From Eledone cirrhosa (taxonomy: Eukaryota), in assembly GCA_964016885.1 (NCBI GenBank), contig OZ024744.1, forward strand, positions 57,846,001-57,910,000: a stretch of DNA of 64,000 nt. The letters are read 5' to 3'. The position numbers and the translations under genes were made by a program. The first letter of the stretch is position 1. Every line of letters starts with the position of its first letter. Below are positions 41,301 through 53,938 of the stretch, one piece after another. The notes beneath the pieces were generated by a model. The model had not been told where the DNA came from and ran no database searches. It was given only the letters and a program-made list of their open reading frames with translations.

Positions 41301-44130
41301 ATATCCCTTTCTAATCAGCTCATATACCCTCTACTAACCAGCTCATACAGCCTCTATTAACCACTAGTAACCAGCTCATATATCCCATACTAACTAGTTA
41401 ATATATCCCCTACTAACCAGCTCATATATCCCCTGCTAACCAGCTCATATATCCCCTAATAACCATCTCATCTATCCCCTACTAACAAGCTCATATATCC
41501 CCTGCTAACCAGCTCATATAACCCCTACTAACCAGGTTATATATCACATATTAAATAGCTCATATATCACCTAAAAACCAGCTCATATATCCCCAACTAA
41601 CCAGATCGTATATGCCCTACTAACCAGCTCATATATCCTTTATTATCCAGCTCATATGCCCTTACTAAACAGCTCATATATCCCCTACTAACCAGCTCAT
41701 ATATCCCTTATTAACCAGGTCATATATCCCCTACTAACCAGCGCATATATCCCTTACTAACCTGCTCACATATCCCCTACTAACCAGCTCATATATACCC
41801 TACTAACCAGTTCACATATCCCCTACTAACCAGCTCATATATCCCCTACTAACCAGTTCATATATCCCCTACTAACCAGGTTATATATCCCTTACTGACC
41901 AGCTCATATATCCCCTACTAACCATCTCATATATCCCTCCTAGCGAGCTCATATATCCCATACTAACCAGATCATATATCCCCTATCAACCAGCTCATAT
42001 ATCCCCTACTAACCAGATTATATATCACCCATTAACCAGCTCATATATCCACTACTAACCAGCTGATCTATCACCTACTAACCAGCTCATATATCTCCTT
42101 ATAAACAGCTCATATACCCCCTACTAACTAGCTCATACAGCCTCTATTAACCACTAGTAACCAGCTCATATATCCCATACTAACCAGTTCGTATATCCCC
42201 TACTAACCAGCTCATATATCCCCTACTAACCAGCTCATCTATCCCCTACTAAGCAGCTTATCTATCCCCTAATAACCAGTTCATCTATCACCTACTAACC
42301 AGTTCATATATCCCCTACTAACCAGCTTATATATCCCCTACTAACCAGCTCATATATTCCCTACTAACCAGCTCATATATCCCGTAATAACCAGGTTATA
42401 TATACCCTCCTAACCAGCTCATATAGCCCTTATTAACCAGGTCATATATCCCATATTAACCAGCACATATATCCCCTAATAACCAGGTTATATATACCCT
42501 ACTAACCAGCTCATATATCCCTTACTAACCAGTTCATATATCCCCAACTAACCAGTTCATCTATGCCCTATTAACCAGCTCATATATCCTCTACTAACCA
42601 GCTCATATATCCCTTACTGACCCGCTCACATTTACCCTACTAACCAGCTCATATATCCTCTACTAACCAGCGCATATACCTCCTTCTAACCAGCTCATAT
42701 ACCCCCTACTAACCAGCTCATACACCCCCTACTAACCACTACTACCCAGTTCATATATCCTCTACTAACCAGCTCATATATCCCCTACTAACCAGCTATA
42801 ATATATCCACTACTAACCAGATCATCTATCCCCTCCTAACCAGTTCATATATCCCCGACTAACCAGCTCATATATTCCCTACCAACCAGCTAATATATAC
42901 CCTACTAAGCAGCTCATCTATCCCTTACTAACCAGCCCATATGCCCCCTACTAACCAGCTCATATGCCCCCTACTAACCAGCTCATATATTCCCTATTAA
43001 CCAGCTAATCTATCCCTTACTCACCACCTCATATATCGCTTACTAACCACCTCATCTATCCCCTAGTAACCAGCTTATACATCCCTTACTAACCAGCTCA
43101 TCCATCCCTTACTAACCAGCTCGGAAATACCCTACTAACCAGCTCGTATATCCCCTATTAACCAGCTCATATATCCCCTACTAACCAGCTCACATATCCC
43201 CTACTAACCAGCTCACATATCCCCTACTAACCAGCTCATATAGCCCCTACTAACCAGCTCATCTAACCCCTACTAACCAGTTCATCTATCCCCTATTAAC
43301 CAGCTCATATACCCCCTACTAACCAGCTCATATATCCCTTACTAACCAGGTCATATATCCCCTACTAACCAGCTCATACATCCTATACTAACCAGTTCAT
43401 ATATCTTCTACTAATCAACTCATATATCCCCTACTAACCAGCTCATATATCCCCTACTAACCAGCTCATATATCCCCTACTAACCAGCTCATATACCCCT
43501 TACTAACCAGGTCATATATCCCATACTAACCAGCACATATATCCCCAACTAAGCAGTTTATCTATGCCCTGTTAACGAGCTCATATATCCCCTACTAACC
43601 ATCTGATATATCCCATATTAACCAGCTCATCTATCCACTATTAACCAGTTCATGTATCTTTTACTAACCAGCTCATTTATCCCTTACTAACCAGGTCATA
43701 TATCCTTTACTAACCAGCTCACCTATCCCCTAGTAACCAGGTTATATATCCCTTACTAACCAGCTCATATATCCCTTACTAACCAGATAATATATCCCCA
43801 ACTAACCAGCTCATACATCCCATGCTAACCAGTTCATATATCTTCTACTAATCAGCTCATATATCCCCTACTAACCAGCTCATGTATCCCCTAATAACCA
43901 GCTCATCTATCCCATAATAACCAGCTCATATATCCCCTACCAACCAACTCATATACCCTCTACAAACCAGCTCATATACACCCTACTAACCAGCTCATAT
44001 ATCCCCTACTAACCAGCTGATATATCCCCTACTAACCAAATCATCTATCCCTTACTAACCAGTTCATATATTCTCTACTAACCAGCTCATATATCCCATA
44101 TTAACCAGCTCATCTACACCCTACTAACCA
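35333..44130 (+). repeat. Near-identical ~4.4-kb tandem duplication within the satellite
   Basis: Rare variant actgtccag at 35561 and 39967 (offset 4406); tcggaaatac at 38738 and 43121 (offset 4383, one 23-bp unit less). Confidence 0.9.
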
Positions 44131-47100
44131 GTTCATATATTCCTTACTAACCGGCTGACCTATCCACTACTAACCAGCTCATATATCCCCTACTAACTAG
44201 CTCATATATCCCCTACTAACCAGCTGATATATCCCTACTAACCAGCTCATATATCCCATAATATCCAACACATATATCCCCAACTAACTAGTTCATCTAT
44301 GCCCTATTAACGAGCTCATATATCCCCAACTAACTAGTTCATCTATGCCCTATTAACGAGCTCATATATCCCCTACTAACCAGCTCATATACTCACTACT
44401 AACCAGCTTATCTATACCCTACTAACCAGTTCATATATCCCTTACTAACCAGCTCATATATCCCATACTAACCAGCTCATCTATCCGCTACTCACCAGTT
44501 CATATACCCCTTACTACCCAACTCACATATCCCCTACTAATCAGCTCATATATCGCCTACTAACCAGCTCATATATCTCCTACTAACAAGCTCATATAGC
44601 CCTGACTAACCATCTCAAACACCCCCTACTAACCACTACTAACCTGTTTATATATCCCCTACTAACCAGCTCATATATCCCCTACTAACCAGCTCATCTA
44701 TCCCCTATTACCAGGTTATATGTCCCATTCTAACCAGCTCATATATCCTCTACTAACCAGCTCATCTATCCCCTACTAACCAGCTCATCTATCCCCTAGC
44801 AACCAGCTCATATATCCCCTACTATCCAGCTCATATATCCCTTACTAACCAGGTCATATATCCCCTAATAACCAGGTTATATATACCCTACTAACCAACT
44901 CATATATCCCTTACTAACCAGTTCATATATCCCCAACTAACCAGTTCATCTATGCCCTACTAACCAGCTCATATATCCCCTACTAACCAGCTCGTATATC
45001 CCTTACTAACCCGCTCACATATCCCCTACTAACCAGTTCATATATCTTCAACTAACCAGCGCATATACCTCCTTCTAACCAGCTCATATACCCCCTACTA
45101 ACCAGCTCATACACCCCTTACTAACCACTACTAACCAGTTCATATATCCCCTACTAACCAGCTCATATATCCCCTACTAACCAGCTAATATATCCCCTAC
45201 TAACCAGCTCATCTATGCCCTACTAACCAACTCATATACCCTCTACTAACCAGCTCATATGCACCCTACTAACCAGCTCATATAATCCCTATTAAGCAGC
45301 TCATCTATCCCTTCCTGACTAGCTCATATATCGCTTACTAACCACCTCATCTATCCCCTAGTAACCAACTTATATATCCCTTACTAACCAGCTCATCTAT
45401 CCCTTACTAACCAGCTCAGCTATCCCCTACTAACTAGCTCATCTATCCCCTACTAACCAGCTCATCTATCCCCTAATAACCACCTCAGAAATCCCCTACT
45501 AACCAGCTTGTATATCCCCTACTAACCAGCTCATATATCCCCTACTAACCAGCTCATCTATCCCCTATTAACCAGCTCATATATCCCCTAATAACCAGGT
45601 TATATATACCCTACTAACCAACTTATATATCCCTTACTAACCAGCTCATATATCCCCTACTAACCAGCTCATATATCCCCTACTAACCGGCTCATATATG
45701 CCTTACTAACCAGGTCATATATCCCCTACTAACCAGCTCATACATCCCCTACTAACTAGCTCATCTATCCCCTACTAACCAGCTCATCTATCCCCTATTA
45801 ACCAGCTCATATATCCCCTACTAACCAGCTCATACATCCCATACTAACCAGCTCATATATCCCCTCTAACCAGCTCATCTATCCCCTAGCAACCAGCTCA
45901 TAGATCCCCTACTAACCAGTTCATCTATGCCCTACTAACCAGCTCATATATCCCCTACTAACCAGCTCATATATCCCTTACTAACCCGCTCACATATCCC
46001 CTACTAACCAGCTCATATATCCTCTACTAACCAGCGCATATACTTCCTTCTAACCAGCTCATATACCCCCTACTAACCAGCTCATACACCCCTTACTTAC
46101 CCCAACTAACCAGTTCATATATCCCCTACTAACCAGCTCATATATCCCTTACTAACCAGCTCATCTATTCCTTACTAACGAGCTCATTTATCCCCTACTA
46201 ACTAGCTCATCTATCCCCTACTAACCAGCTCATCTATCCCCTAATAAACAGCTCAGAAATCCGCTACTAACCAGCTCGTATATCCCTTACTAACCAGCTC
46301 ATATGTCCCCTACTAACCAGCTCACATATCCCCTACTAACCAGCTCATATATCCCCTACTAACCAGCTCATCTATCCCCTACTAACCAGTTCATCTATCC
46401 CCTATTAACCAGCTCATATATCACCTACTAACCAGCTCATATACCCCCTACTAACCAGCTCACATATCCCCTACTAACCAGCTCATATAGCCCCTACTAA
46501 CCAGCTCATCTAACCCCTACTAACCAGTTCATCTATCCCCTATTAACCAGCTCATATACCCCCTACTAACCAGCTCATATATCCCTTACTAACCAGGTCA
46601 TATATCCCCTACTAACCAGCTCATACATCCTATACTAACCAGTTCATATATCTTCTACTAATCAACTCATATATCCCCTACTAACCAGCTCATATATCCC
46701 CTACTAACCAGCTCATATATCCCCTACTAACCAGCTCATATACCCCTTACTAACCAGGTCATATATCCCATACTAACCAGCACATATATCCCCAACTAAG
46801 CAGTTTATCTATGCCCTGTTAACGAGCTCATATATCCCCTACTAACCATCTGATATATCCCATATTAACCAGCTCATCTATCCACTATTAACCAGTTCAT
46901 GTATCTTTTACTAACCAGCTCATTTATCCCTTACTAACCAGGTCATATATCCTTTACTAACCAGCTCACCTATCCCCTAGTAACCAGGTTATATATCCCT
47001 TACTAACCAGCTCATATATCCCTTACTAACCAGATAATATATCCCCAACTAACCAGCTCATACATCCCATGCTAACCAGTTCATATATCTTCTACTAATC

Positions 47101-49695
47101 AGCTCATATATCCCCTACTAACCAGCTCATGTATCCCCTAATAACCAGCTCATCTATCCCATAATAACCAGCTCATATATCCCCTACCAACCAACTCATA
47201 TACCCTCTACAAACCAGCTCATATACACCCTACTAACCAGCTCATATATCCCCTACTAACCAGCTGATATATCCCCTACTAACCAAATCATCTATCCCTT
47301 ACTAACCAGTTCATATATTCTCTACTAACCAGCTCATATATCCCATATTAACCAGCTCATCTACACCCTACTAACCAGTTCATATATTCCTTACTAACCG
47401 GCTGACCTATCCACTACTAACCAGCTCATATATCCCCTACTAACTAGCTCATATATCCCCTACTAACCAGCTGATATATCCCTACTAACCAGCTCATATA
47501 TCCCATAATATCCAACACATATATCCCCAACTAACTAGTTCATCTATGCCCTATTAACGAGCTCATATATCCCCAACTAACTAGTTCATCTATGCCCTAT
47601 TAACGAGCTCATATATCCCCTACTAACCAGCTCATATACTCACTACTAACCAGCTTATCTATACCCTACTAACCAGTTCATATATCCCTTACTAACCAGC
47701 TCATATATCCCATACTAACCAGCTCATCTATCCGCTACTCACCAGTTCATATACCCCTTACTACCCAACTCACATATCCCCTACTAATCAGCTCATATAT
47801 CGCCTACTAACCAGCTCATATATCTCCTACTAACAAGCTCATATAGCCCTGACTAACCATCTCAAACACCCCCTACTAACCACTACTAACCTGTTTATAT
47901 ATCCCCTACTAACCAGCTCATATATCCCCTACTAACCAGCTCATCTATCCCCTATTACCAGGTTATATGTCCCATTCTAACCAGCTCATATATCCTCTAC
48001 TAACCAGCTCATCTATCCCCTACTAACCAGCTCATCTATCCCCTAGCAACCAGCTCATATATCCCCTACTATCCAGCTCATATATCCCTTACTAACCAGG
48101 TCATATATCCCCTAATAACCAGGTTATATATACCCTACTAACCAACTCATATATCCCTTACTAACCAGTTCATATATCCCCAACTAACCAGTTCATCTAT
48201 GCCCTACTAACCAGCTCATATATCCCCTACTAACCAGCTCGTATATCCCTTACTAACCCGCTCACATATCCCCTACTAACCAGTTCATATATCTTCAACT
48301 AACCAGCGCATATACCTCCTTCTAACCAGCTCATATACCCCCTACTAACCAGCTCATACACCCCTTACTAACCACTACTAACCAGTTCATATATCCCCTA
48401 CTAACCAGCTCATATATCCCCTACTAACCAGCTAATATATCCCCTACTAACCAGCTCATCTATGCCCTACTAACCAACTCATATACCCTCTACTAACCAG
48501 CTCATATGCACCCTACTAACCAGCTCATATAATCCCTATTAAGCAGCTCATCTATCCCTTCCTGACTAGCTCATATATCGCTTACTAACCACCTCATCTA
48601 TCCCCTAGTAACCAACTTATATATCCCTTACTAACCAGCTCATCTATCCCTTACTAACCAGCTCAGCTATCCCCTACTAACTAGCTCATCTATCCCCTAC
48701 TAACCAGCTCATCTATCCCCTAATAACCACCTCAGAAATCCCCTACTAACCAGCTTGTATATCCCCTACTAACCAGCTCATATATCCCCTACTAACCAGC
48801 TCATCTATCCCCTATTAACCAGCTCATATATCCCCTAATAACCAGGTTATATATACCCTACTAACCAACTTATATATCCCTTACTAACCAGCTCATATAT
48901 CCCCTACTAACCAGCTCATATATCCCCTACTAACCGGCTCATATATGCCTTACTAACCAGGTCATATATCCCCTACTAACCAGCTCATACATCCCCTACT
49001 AACTAGCTCATCTATCCCCTACTAACCAGCTCATCTATCCCCTATTAACCAGCTCATATATCCCCTACTAACCAGCTCATACATCCCATACTAACCAGCT
49101 CATATATCCCCTCTAACCAGCTCATCTATCCCCTAGCAACCAGCTCATAGATCCCCTACTAACCAGTTCATCTATGCCCTACTAACCAGCTCATATATCC
49201 CCTACTAACCAGCTCATATATCCCTTACTAACCCGCTCACATATCCCCTACTAACCAGCTCATATATCCTCTACTAACCAGCGCATATACTTCCTTCTAA
49301 CCAGCTCATATACCCCCTACTAACCAGCTCATACACCCCTTACTTACCCCAACTAACCAGTTCATATATCCCCTACTAACCAGCTCATATATCCCTTACT
49401 AACCAGCTCATCTATTCCTTACTAACGAGCTCATTTATCCCCTACTAACTAGCTCATCTATCCCCTACTAACCAGCTCATCTATCCCCTAATAAACAGCT
49501 CAGAAATCCGCTACTAACCAGCTCGTATATCCCTTACTAACCAGCTCATATGTCCCCTACTAACCAGCTCACATATCCCCTACTAACCAGCTCATATATC
49601 CCCTACTAACCAGCTCATCTATCCCCTACTAACCAGTTCATCTATCCCCTATTAACCAGCTCATATATCACCTACTAACCAGCTCATATACCCCC
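43200..49695 (+). repeat. Near-identical 3,247-bp tandem duplication within the satellite
   Basis: atatccaaca at 44261 and 47508; ctcagaaatccg at 46252 and 49499. Both offsets are 3247. Confidence 0.9.
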
Positions 49696-50935
49696 TACTA
49701 AGCAGCTCATATATCCCCTACTAACCAGCTCATATACCCCCTAATAACCAGCTCATATATCCTTTACTAACCAGCTCATATATCCCCTACTAACCAGCTC
49801 ATATATCCCATATTAACCAGCTCATCTACCCCCTACTAACCAGTTCATATATCCCTTACTAACCAGCTCACATATCCACTACTAACCAGCTCATATATCC
49901 CCTACTAACCAGCTCATATATCCCCTACTAACCAGCTGATATAGCCCTTACTATCCAGGTCATATATCCCCTACTAACCAACACATATATCCCCAACTAA
50001 CCAGTTCATCTATGCCCTATTAACGAGCTCATATATCCACTACTAACCAGCTCATCTATCCCTTAATAACCAGTTCATATATCCCCTACTAACCAGCTCA
50101 TTTATACGCTACTAACCAGTTCATATATCCCTTACTAACCAGGTCATATATCCCATACCTACCAGCTCATCTATCCGCTACTAACAAGTTCATATATCTC
50201 TTACTACCCGGCTCACATATCCCCTACTAACCAGCTCATATATCCCCTACTAACCAGTTCCTATATCCCCTACTAACTAGCTAATATATCCCCTACAAAC
50301 CAGCTAATCTATCCCTATTACCAGGTTATATATCCCTTACTAACCAGCTCATATATCCCCTACTAACCAGCTCATATATCCCCTACTAACCAGCTCATAT
50401 ACCCCCTACTAACCAGATCATATACCCCCTACTAACCAGCTCATCTATACTCTACTAACCAGCTCATCTCTCCGCACCTAGCAGCTCAGATACCTCCTAC
50501 TAACCAGCTCATATATCCCCTACTAACCAGCTCATATATCCCCTACTAACCAGCTCATATATCCCCTACTAACCAGCTCATATACCACCTTCTAACCAAC
50601 TCATCTATACCCTACTAACCAGCTGATATTTCCCCTACTAACCAACCAGCTCATATATCCCTTACTAACCAGGTCATATATCCCATACTAACCAGCTCAT
50701 CTATCCCTTACTAACTAGCTCATATATCCCTCACTAACCAGCTCATCTATCCCTTACTAACCAGCTCATCTATCCCCTACTAACCAGCTCATCTATCCCC
50801 TACTAACCAGCTCATGTATCCCCTACTAACCAGCTCATCTATCCCCTACTAACCAGCTCATCTATCCCCTACTAACCAGCTCATATATCCCTTACTAACC
50901 AGCTCATATATCCCCTGCTAACCAGTTCATCTATC

Positions 50936-51267
50936 AGTTTTGAACCCTGTTTATTTGATTATTTCTATTCATTCCATGTTCATTACTCTATGTATTCACT
51001 TCAGTACATCAAACAATTAAATTAGTATTTTCTTGTTTATATGAGTTTTAATTACACCTCGCTATTTATTTGAAACAGTGAAAGTTTACATAAATTTAGT
51101 AAATGGCCATAGTTTCAGCTGTGTCTTACAGAACCTCCCATTTTTACACACCACATGTCTATAACTGTTGCCATTATTCTGTGGAAATTTTGTTGAATTC
51201 CAACAAGTAGTTTTTAAATACAATAAAAAAAATGTTACGTTGTTAATAATTTGAAATACTATGTGTG
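50936..51267 (+). mobile_element. Probable 3' UTR and right terminal inverted repeat of the Tc1 element
   Basis: AT-rich non-repetitive segment with AATAAA (~51221), ending AATAATTTGAAATACTATGTG(TG)|TA. It resembles recalled TRT-type termini and the TA target site. The left TIR is not in view for confirmation. Confidence 0.55.
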
Positions 51268-51286
51268 TATATATATATATATATTT

Positions 51287-51331
51287 GCAAGCAGGGATAA
51301 AGCGGACGTAAAATGAAATGATGATGATGAT
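51287..51331 (+). mobile_element. Short RTE/SINE-B 3' tail
   Basis: gcaagcagggataaagcggacgtaaaatgaaatgatgatg. Confidence 0.75.
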
Positions 51332-51564
51332 ATATATATAGAGAGAGAGGGAAATAGCCATTGAAACGACTTGAGCTCTGCCGTCGGGGTAATACTTGTT
51401 CCTATAGAGAGGGAGAGAGAGAGAGAGGTAAAACACTGGAAGATAATATCCGTAGTGGTAGAGCACTCAGTCCATGGGGCGAGTTAGGTAGAAGTGGTAA
51501 CACAACAGTTAGTTCACCATACCGAGAACAATTGTTTCACCTTAGTGGATCCTCAGCTCATAAT

Positions 51565-51745
51565 TGTTTTTACTTTTGGCACAAGGCCAGCAATTTTCCA
51601 GTGCATTACTGGTACTTTATTTGATCGACCCCGTAAGGATGAAAGGCAAAGTTAACCTCGGCAGGATTTGAACTCAGATCAGAAAGGGGTGTAACTCTGT
51701 GCTACAAAGCATGGCGTCCGACCCTCTACCGATACTGCCAAACCA
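51565..51745 (-). mobile_element. SINE family A with a 13-bp target-site duplication
   Basis: Homologous to the 4077-4269 copy. ctcagctcataat occurs at 51552-51564 and 51746-51758. Confidence 0.88.
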
Positions 51746-52057
51746 CTCAGCTCATAATGCGTTGGTGAGACACAAAGTTGTGTAGGACACAAGGATATAG
51801 AGAGCGCTCAGAGGTTACGAAGCCAAACTCCCACGTGGTGAAGAATCTGCTAAAAGCCAAACTTCCAGTGTGAATTGCAGTCATGTTGAAAGGTCAACAG
51901 TTCAGGTGTCTATTAAGACAAATATATGTGCGTGTGTGTGTAGCAGAGTGGTTCATGGTTGAGGGATTCGGTCAGTAGGAATGTGTGTGTGTGTACGTGT
52001 GTGGGGGATATTTTAACATGTTGAAAGATATTTTTCAGCTCTTGTCTTATATGGAGA

Positions 52058-52169
52058 AGTGTGTGTGTGTGTGTGTATATGTCTGTTTGTATGTTAGTGT
52101 ATGCGTGTGTATGTGTGTGTGTATATGTGTGTGTGTGTATATGTGTGTATGTGTGTGTGTGTGTGTGTG
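52058..52169. repeat. (TG)n/(TA)n compound microsatellite
   Basis: Direct reading. Confidence 0.9.
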
Positions 52170-52174
52170 GATGG

Positions 52175-52596
52175 ACCAGTATTTTTGTGATACTGGTAAA
52201 AATGGTGTACATTTGGCGCAAAATCAATTTTTAACATTCACGTGACCTCTACCGACCAATCAAAATTGTTTTGACTACAAGAATTTTTGCAACACGAATT
52301 GGTGCGAAATTTATAGTACTCATTCACGTGACATTCAACAACCAACCAAATCTTAATACCTCTGGAGCCACTTTTTTCACATAAAACAGGAAGAATTTCC
52401 AAAACTGATCAGAGCAAACATCACGGGCGCTCTATCTCAAAATTATTTTTGAAAAGCATTAGAAATGCGCAACCGGTAAAAACTTAAAACTAAAACTGAA
52501 TACTAACCAATACTTATTACTAATTTATACTTATTCCTAATTAAACTATTTTTCACTGGGAAAAATTTGTCAGCATTTTCTTTTCCTTTTACTAAT
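52175..52596. mobile_element. Possible non-autonomous DNA element (Helentron/MITE-like)
   Basis: Terminal hairpin accagtat-N7-atactggt (52175-52197) followed by A5, internal duplicated attcacgtgac...accaa motif, bounded by microsatellites. Confidence 0.3.
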
Positions 52597-53022
52597 ATAT
52601 ATATATATATTTATATATAGGAAGTTGTATTTCACAACATAAATGACAAGAGACTCCAAAGAGGATTTACAACATGCAGTAATGGTGACAGTCAGTATAA
52701 GAATGTGACTTGACCCTTCCCACTCCCACTGTCACTCCTTATTAACTATTCACACCACCATTACAATCTACTCTACCAAGGATCCCTCACTCCTTTTCCC
52801 ACTCTCATTACCCTGTCAAATTCTGCCTCACCAGCAATACATCCAAGACATACTTTCTCGCCCCTTCTCTTCTTCACATGGCCTGACACCCATGACAACA
52901 TATTTGTCATTCTCCCATCCACCTCCTGTCACATATCCATGATAAGCATATCCTTCTTCTTAACTACACCCATCCTATCTCCTGCTCCCCCTACCCTACA
53001 GTAATGAGAGCTCCTTAGTTAA

Positions 53023-53205
53023 GATAATTGTTTCTACTTTTGGCACAAGGCCAGCAATTACTCAGTACATTACTGGTACTTTATTTTATCGACCCCGTAA
53101 GGATGAAAGGCAAAGTTGACCTCGGCGGGATTTGAACTCAGAATGGAAAGGGCCGTAATTCTATGCGTCAAAGCATGGTGTCCGACCCTCTACCGATACT
53201 GCCAA
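53023..53205 (-). mobile_element. SINE family A
   Basis: Same central domain and B box as the 4077 copy. Confidence 0.85.
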
Positions 53206-53224
53206 ATGACCAGCAACCTCCCTA

Positions 53225-53702
53225 GTGCTGGCACCCCAATAAAAACACCCTGTACACTTGGTAAAGTTGATGCTGATAGGAAGGGCTCCCAACCATAGAA
53301 ACCATGCCAAAAAAAGGTTGACAGGACTCTTCAGTTGAGCCAAAGGCTCAACAACATCTTTAGTGTCATGATAAACCCTGCCAGTACACTCTGTCATGAA
53401 GTTGGTGACAAGAAGGGCATCCATCCATAGAAAACGTGCCAAACAAAGGGTCGGGGGAGTCATCAGTTGTATGAATGCATTGATGACCTCTTGTTACTGG
53501 AGTCATGGTGAAATGCACTCTGTGCACTCAGTATGCACCGCATGCACTCATTAGAGTGTGGAAGCAAGATATAGGGGTTGGTAGTGCTGTCTGTAAGGTC
53601 AGTAGCTTTGGATTAAGTACTGACTTGAACTGTGTCAAACCTAGCCAACCCTTGCTAGCAGGGAGTTCCATCCCCTCCCATTTGGTGGTGATTATGATGA
53701 TA
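53225..53702 (+). mobile_element. Degenerate SINE 3' fragments, partly in tandem
   Basis: Two copies of tacact..gt..aagttg..gaagggc..cca.ccatagaaa...tgccaaa (~53252-53312 and ~53385-53443), plus a tail caacccttgctagcaggga...atgatga. Confidence 0.6.
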
Positions 53703-53715
53703 TATATATGTATAT

Positions 53716-53938
53716 GGATTGGCAGTATCAGTAGAGGGTCGGACGCTATGCTTTGCAGCACAGAGTTACAGCCCTTCATGATCTGAGTTCAAATCCCACC
53801 AAGGTTAACTTTGCCTTTCATCCTTACGAGAGTCGATAAAATAAAGTATCAGTCACACACTGGGGTCAATTTAATCGACTTTCCCCTCCCCCCCAAAAAA
53901 AATTGCTGGCCTTGTGCCTATATAAAAAATTATTATTA
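53716..53938 (+). mobile_element. SINE family A
   Basis: ttggcagtatcagtagagggtcggacg...gagttcaaatccc...gcctttcatcctt...gtcgataaaataaagta. Confidence 0.85.

Larger units (their letters stand above)
7896..50935 (+). repeat. ~43-kb satellite array of a 23-bp unit, TACTAACCAGCTCATATATCCCC (~1,870 units)
   Basis: Continuous head-to-tail units with point variants. I saw no change of orientation and no foreign insertions. The ORF track has no ORF in the interval. Confidence 0.98.

Noticed and set aside
7896-50935. CRISPR-like array
   Set aside because: Units are directly adjacent with no unique spacers, there are no cas genes, and the context is eukaryotic.
7896-50935. Repetitive protein-coding exon
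   Set aside because: The 23-bp period cycles TAA (plus strand) and TAG (minus strand) stops through all frames, and the ORF track is empty here.
7896-50935. True telomeric repeat
   Set aside because: Only a partial CTAACC similarity. The array is internal, diverged and flanked on both sides by transposon-like sequence.
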